Source: Candidatus Moraniibacteriota bacterium (GTDB lineage: Bacteria; Patescibacteriota; Minisyncoccia; Moranbacterales; GCA-2747515). From it: a stretch of DNA of 64,000 bases. Below the pieces are notes generated by a model that had not been told where the DNA came from, did not search any database, and saw only the letters and a list, made by a program, of their open reading frames with translations. Position 1 is the stretch's first letter. Each line of letters begins with the position of its first letter. Positions 59,600-64,000 of the stretch are shown piece after piece. The stretch is taken from NCBI GenBank assembly GCA_046116545.1, contig CP175956.1:897734-961733 (forward strand). Direction: 5' to 3'. Position numbers and translations under genes: made by a program.

Positions 59600-60799
59600 C
59601 TATACTCTAGCAATTTTCTTTTTCAAAAAAATGTCTCCTATCAAATAACTGATTGTGATAACTACAAACATACTGGCAGCAGCTAATACAAAGCTCACAT
59701 TAAATATATTTATTGTAACTACCAAAGCTCCAAAAAAAATCATATTTGAAAACATATGTACAGTATTCCGCCAAGTCGACGCTGAAAGAGTGTCTAGTTT
59801 TTCACCTTTTTCATAAATATAACTATCCAATGGAATACTGATTAGGATTGTAAATATTCCAACTAAAAAAATACTTAGATAATAGAATAAACCATTATCA
59901 ATTACTATCCTCATTACCCAAACAAGCGCTATTAAAGCACTGCCAACAGCTATCATAACATTTCGTCTTTGTCTTGTAGCCTTCCCTGTCCAATATGTAA
60001 AAATGATTGTTGTTAAAGATATAATAATTGGTATAGCCGCAACCGATTCTATGTTTGCAAAAAATAAATATATGAATAATGGCCATATCACATTTTCTGC
60101 CTGACAATGAACACTATAAAAGCCTGTTGCAACATAATCTTTAACTACGTACCAACTATTAAAAAATTCTTTAAATGTTTTTTGATCTCTCTCTGGTTTA
60201 TCTGGAAGGTTTTTTATTTTAAATAGTGGGATAATAGAAGAAATAAGAAATATAATACTAACAACAATTAAAGCTTTCTTACTGAAAAAAATCAACACTA
60301 GCACACCTAAGAAAGGTGCTATCATACCGGCAATCTTTCTTACAATTGCTAAAGTGCTCGCGTCACCTGAAACATTGTCATCGTTTTTGCTACACTTCAT
60401 GAATAGATACAAATGAGCTATCCAATAAAATGTATCATATATTGCAGCAAATATTGCCACACATACAAGCAATGTCCAATCGTTTGTAGTTAAATTGAAC
60501 AAACCAATGAAAAATGCAATTGAAAATAGAGAACCTATTATTATAACCTTTCTTGCACCTATCTTCCTCACTAACCATCTAGCAAAAAAATTTAATGGAA
60601 TATCAAAGAGATTATACAAAAAATAATAAATCATGATCTCACCAATTTCATATCCAACCTGCAATAAGAAAATTGGAATAAATACAGCAATCATTGCACG
60701 TGAAAATGCATGTAACCAAATAGAAAGTTCGAAAAGCCAAAATTCAGAATGAATTAATTTATGTATGTTATTTTGATGATGGATATGAAATAATTGCAT
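59600..60799 (-). CDS. MFS-type transporter
   Basis: About 12 TM, RKIGARK loop after TM2. Confidence 0.85.
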   Translation of the reverse strand: MQLFHIHHQNNIHKLIHSEFWLFELSIWLHAFSRAMIAVFIPIFLLQVGYEIGEIMIYYFLYNLFDIPLNFFARWLVRKIGARKVIIIGSLFSIAFFIGLFNLTTNDWTLLVCVAIFAAIYDTFYWIAHLYLFMKCSKNDDNVSGDASTLAIVRKIAGMIAPFLGVLVLIFFSKKALIVVSIIFLISSIIPLFKIKNLPDKPERDQKTFKEFFNSWYVVKDYVATGFYSVHCQAENVIWPLFIYLFFANIESVAAIPIIISLTTIIFTYWTGKATRQRRNVMIAVGSALIALVWVMRIVIDNGLFYYLSIFLVGIFTILISIPLDSYIYEKGEKLDTLSASTWRNTVHMFSNMIFFGALVVTINIFNVSFVLAAASMFVVITISYLIGDIFLKKKIARV

Positions 60800-61132
60800 T
60801 TTTGATATTGTTACGACTCTTTAGCTACAATTATACCACAATTGTAATATCCCAAAATGAATATCATCTACTGTTACACTATGACTTGTAAAATATATAA
60901 ATCTGACATACTCCCCATCCTATTTTTTATTTCTTGCTATGAAATAATATGTATCAACAGTTAGTGTTGTTTCTTTAAAAATTTCTTTATAGATCCTTTG
61001 ATGACTCAACGTAGTCATCCAGAATTTCGGTCATTTTCTTTTTTCTTTCCATACGCTGTTTTTGATATGGCTGAAAACGCTGTAAATTATTGAAAGTTCG
61101 AGGTCTGGCTCGATACGGGCAACTTTTTTACA

Positions 61133-61169
61133 AAAAAAAATCAGACTTAGAATATTTTCTAAGTCTGAT
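61133..61169 (-). terminator. Intrinsic terminator
   Basis: ATCAGACTTAGAA/TTCTAAGTCTGAT plus T-run on minus strand. Confidence 0.8.
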
Positions 61170-61188
61170 AGTAGTTCATTAACTCTAT

Positions 61189-61587
61189 TTAGCAAATGGT
61201 AATTATACAATCACCATCCTCATCGCCACTCGTAGGATTTCCATAGCGACTTTCACATTTTCGCAAAGCCACCATAGTGACATCTGAAAACCATTCCCTA
61301 TTGAGAGATTTATCAAATGCCTCCAGAAGTACCTCAAGGTCATCCATTAAGGAGCTTGAAAACGAATTTATCACTGGTCCCCACATGCAATCAAATTGCC
61401 TTGTACCCATATCATCTCCATTTTCATCAAAAATGTTATAGGTAGTACAATTACGACTTGTTGAAATACAAATAATATGTATTTTTTTGTCTGGGGGTAA
61501 ATTTAACCCCATATTCACATCAATGAAAAGGGTTGCATGGTAATCTTTTTCACGTTTTCTAAAAGATGCTGGTAACTGTGCATTCAT
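61189..61587 (-). CDS. Hypothetical protein (cassette)
   Basis: AAGGAG SD, own TTGACA-17-TATTAT promoter (61669-61641) and terminator. Confidence 0.7.
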   Translation of the reverse strand: MNAQLPASFRKREKDYHATLFIDVNMGLNLPPDKKIHIICISTSRNCTTYNIFDENGDDMGTRQFDCMWGPVINSFSSSLMDDLEVLLEAFDKSLNREWFSDVTMVALRKCESRYGNPTSGDEDGDCIITIC

Positions 61588-61711
61588 GATTATCTCCTTG
61601 GTTTTTGAAATATTCTAATTTATTATTAATGTAACTGATAATAATAGCATATATTTATCAATTTGTCAATCACTACCATTTAGATTCTACTCCAAAACTG
61701 AAGTCAGAAGC

Positions 61712-61738
61712 GTTCGAACCTCATCCCATAGGGCCAAC
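61712..61738 (+). repeat. 27-bp direct repeat, copy 1 (tRNA-3'-end/att-like)
   Basis: gttcgaacctcatcccatagggccaac. Confidence 0.85.
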
Positions 61739-61784
61739 AAATAAAAGTTACTTTTTGTCAAGAAAATTTTTAATTTTTTAGAAT

Positions 61785-61817
61785 AAAAAAAGACATAAGG
61801 GAGGTTACCTTATGTCT
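61785..61817 (-). terminator. Intrinsic terminator
   Basis: AGACATAAGG/CCTTATGTCT plus T-run on minus strand. Confidence 0.8.
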
Positions 61818-61877
61818 GTACTATTTTAACAACATTGTTGATTCCTTCTTTTCATTTTTTTGATGTATTTACATCTT

Positions 61878-62084
61878 CTAACGATAAAAATGTTGTGTGT
61901 ATGTTTGTGCACCTTTTCGTGCTTGAAATGCATGTCCTTGTCCTGCTGCATAATCATCTATTACCATAACTTGACCACTTGGTATCCAACCATCTTCCAA
62001 TGCTTCTTGCACTTTCTGATGAAAGATATCTACCATATGTGGACATGGACAAGACTGAGTTACTGTTTTTGATTCTCGTTTCAT
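61878..62084 (-). CDS. Hypothetical small protein (possibly DUF1737-like)
   Basis: AAAGGTG SD; F..KVQEALEDGWIPSG...QA pattern. Confidence 0.55.
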   Translation of the reverse strand: MKRESKTVTQSCPCPHMVDIFHQKVQEALEDGWIPSGQVMVIDDYAAGQGHAFQARKGAQTYTQHFYR

Positions 62085-62107
62085 AATTCACCTTTTTCAT
62101 ACAATGC

Positions 62108-62371
62108 TTAATCTTGAAAAAAATGAGCAATTGAAGAATCATAATCTCTAATTGCCTGATTCGCATTTTCGAGTGCTTGACGAGTCTCTTCTACGTATTG
62201 AGCAGAATAACCAGATCCCGGTCCCTGAAATTCCTCACTTATACGAGACAAAGTATCTCCAAACTGTTTCAAATAAAATGATGCATCAGATGGAGAAGTA
62301 GTCAATCCTTCAGTAGTTACTCGTTGACATTCTTCTATAAGCATATTGCATTCTTCTACATGGGAATTCAT
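62108..62371 (-). CDS. Hypothetical acidic helical protein
   Basis: GAGG SD; promoter TTGACA-17-TATTAT at 62528-62500. Confidence 0.65.
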   Translation of the reverse strand: MNSHVEECNMLIEECQRVTTEGLTTSPSDASFYLKQFGDTLSRISEEFQGPGSGYSAQYVEETRQALENANQAIRDYDSSIAHFFQD

Positions 62372-62570
62372 AATTAAACCTCTTTACATTTAAAGTTTAA
62401 AAACTAAACAAAAAACACCTCTTTACATCAACTTTATTTATCTATAGAAATCACCTCCTTTTGTTGAATTTATGTTTTATTATTAAAAGACAATATTTAA
62501 TAATATATCAAAAGTGACTTTTTGTCAATATCAAGAACCTACATTTTAATCCGAAGAAAAGAATAAAAGT

Positions 62571-62597
62571 GTTCGAACTTCATCCCATAGGGCCAAC
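62571..62597 (+). repeat. 27-bp direct repeat, copy 2
   Basis: gttcgaacttcatcccatagggccaac, 26/27 identical to copy 1. Confidence 0.85.
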
Positions 62598-62703
62598 GAT
62601 TTTTGAATAAACAAAAAACCCACCAAAGCAGATTTTCTGCTGATGGGTTATAATCTACTTTCTAATGTAGGAAGATTATTAAGTATTTCCTCTATTTCAT
62701 TAA

Positions 62704-62799
62704 AAATTTCATATATTGAATCAATGTGGTGGTTGTCGTGCAAGAGGATTAATTCAAAATGGTGATTATCTTGCCAAAGATCCACATTGCTGGCTTTGA
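62704..62799 (+). pseudogene. 3' fragment of a radical SAM/SPASM gene
   Basis: KFHILNQCGGCRARGLIQNGDYLAKDPHCWL*, preceded by in-frame TAA and followed by terminator 62826-62866. Confidence 0.7.
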
Positions 62800-62895
62800 T
62801 TACATTCACAGTATTTGCATTTATAACAAGTCACAATCCATTATAGAGAGTGACTTGTCTTTTTTTAAAAATGATTTTCTTATATACTATAAAAT

Positions 62896-63360
62896 ATGAA
62901 TAAATATTTACAACAATTTGTAGAGGGGAAATTTCAAAAACCTGGCAAGTCCTTGGATCTAGGTGCTGGTGATTTTGAAGATGTTAATTTTTTAAAAAAT
63001 AATGGTTGGCAAAGTGATGGTGTTGATTTAACAGGCGGAATAGACCTTAAACAAAAATTTATAGCTAAAAATCACCCCTATGATTTAGTTTATTCCAACT
63101 ATGTAATACACAAAATATTAAATCAAAAAATATTTATTGAAACAATTTTTAATAATTTAAAAAAAGATGGTTTTGTATTTTTACACACATTCGAAGCTAC
63201 TGACAAAAACAGTCATTCAACGCTAACAGAAAAAAGTCTCTATGATTTATTATCGAAACAAAAGTTTAAAAAAATCAAAATACAGATAATCCCCTATTAT
63301 GATGCTGCAGATGGACATGATCATTGGCATAAAATTTTAGAAGCAACCGCACAAAAATAA
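62896..63360 (+). CDS. Class I SAM-dependent methyltransferase (TehB-like, short)
   Basis: SLDLGAG, DGVD, YDLVYSNYVIH, LKKDG, C-terminal HDHWH. Confidence 0.82.
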   Translation: MNKYLQQFVEGKFQKPGKSLDLGAGDFEDVNFLKNNGWQSDGVDLTGGIDLKQKFIAKNHPYDLVYSNYVIHKILNQKIFIETIFNNLKKDGFVFLHTFEATDKNSHSTLTEKSLYDLLSKQKFKKIKIQIIPYYDAADGHDHWHKILEATAQK

Positions 63361-63424
63361 AAAGGTATGGGTATTTTTTGTAAATATTATTCACAATCCA
63401 CCCATACCTTATTTGCAGCAATCA

Positions 63425-63670
63425 TTAATTGAACCTTTGATTTACTGCTTCATTTCTAAAATCTTTAAAAATTTTTAATGATTTTTCCTGTAATTCCATA
63501 GTATGATCTCGACAAGTCTCCCTATCGATACCTTTTTCCTTAGTGAATACACTAAAAAAAGATTCTTGAAAATTTCCAAATACCATACAATAAGCATCAT
63601 CTACTCCATAGCAATCTATCGCTTTTTCAATTTTCTCAATATATTGAATAACATCTCCTAATGTTGCCAT
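63425..63670 (-). CDS. Hypothetical protein (cassette; start moved to 63670)
   Basis: GGAGG SD before MATLG; TTGACA-17-TATTAT at 63792-63764; hairpin 63362-63410. Confidence 0.65.
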   Translation of the reverse strand: MATLGDVIQYIEKIEKAIDCYGVDDAYCMVFGNFQESFFSVFTKEKGIDRETCRDHTMELQEKSLKIFKDFRNEAVNQRFN

Positions 63671-63802
63671 TTTAATTCCTCCATTTAAATTTACTTGCAA
63701 TTTTATATTTTAAAAAAATATTTCATGTTCTGCCATATATTGATAACTAATTTGCAACATTAAATAATACTATGATTTTATTATTTTGTCAATACTAGCA
63801 AA

Positions 63803-64000
63803 TCAATCCACCTGATCAGATATCACTAAATATAAAGCTATCACAAATCCAATGATAAATCCTATTATATGCACAAGTGCACCAAATCCATCATTACCAG
63901 ATACCATTATTTCAACTAATTGAAAATAGAAAAATATAGCTAAAAAACCTATGCTCAATCCAACTGTTGGAATCTTGCCAAATAACATCGCTATTTCATT
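63803..64000 (-). CDS. Rhomboid-like intramembrane protease, C-terminal part (5' end outside window)
   Basis: Hydrophobic; FYFQL...GALVHIIGFIIG resembles the rhomboid catalytic-His helix; frame open to window edge. Confidence 0.55.
   Translation of the reverse strand, partial: NEIAMLFGKIPTVGLSIGFLAIFFYFQLVEIMVSGNDGFGALVHIIGFIIGFVIALYLVISDQVD

Noticed and set aside
60821-61018. Interrupted minus-strand frame MTTLSHQRIY...*DGEYVRF
   Set aside because: No SD and no recognisable motif; may be a remnant but cannot be supported
61712-62597. 27-bp repeat as classical attC or XerCD dif site
   Set aside because: Lacks RYYYAAC...GTTRRRY hairpin architecture and dif consensus; kept as an unclassified att-like site

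Overview
Low-GC bacterial chromosomal segment, almost all genes on the minus strand, standard genetic code. Gene content suggests a CPR/Patescibacteria (Parcubacteria-like) genome; this is inferred from the short AlaRS, VirD4-like ATPase with CxxC-x17-CxxC tail, sigma4/HARE-HTH protein, PEGA and C39-like proteins, and SD-less core genes. Core content: start of the dcw cluster (mraZ-rsmH-ftsL-ftsI), alaS, a complete F1Fo ATP synthase operon followed by an iota-carbonic-anhydrase-like gene, rseP-frr, murD, ispH, a UvrD-nuclease fusion and four tRNAs. Most notable accessory features: (1) downstream of tRNA-Gln, a run of small promoter-SD-ORF-terminator units separated by a 27-bp tRNA-3'-end-like direct repeat, including a captured radical-SAM gene tail; (2) a 2466-aa secreted tail-fibre-like mosaic protein whose modules are joined by duplicated DNA joints; (3) a decaying leuC-leuD fusion plus leuB islet; (4) an orphan Pycsar-type membrane effector between a small alarmone hydrolase and a TruB-glycosyltransferase fusion. 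All calls come from reading motifs by eye; no database searches were run.
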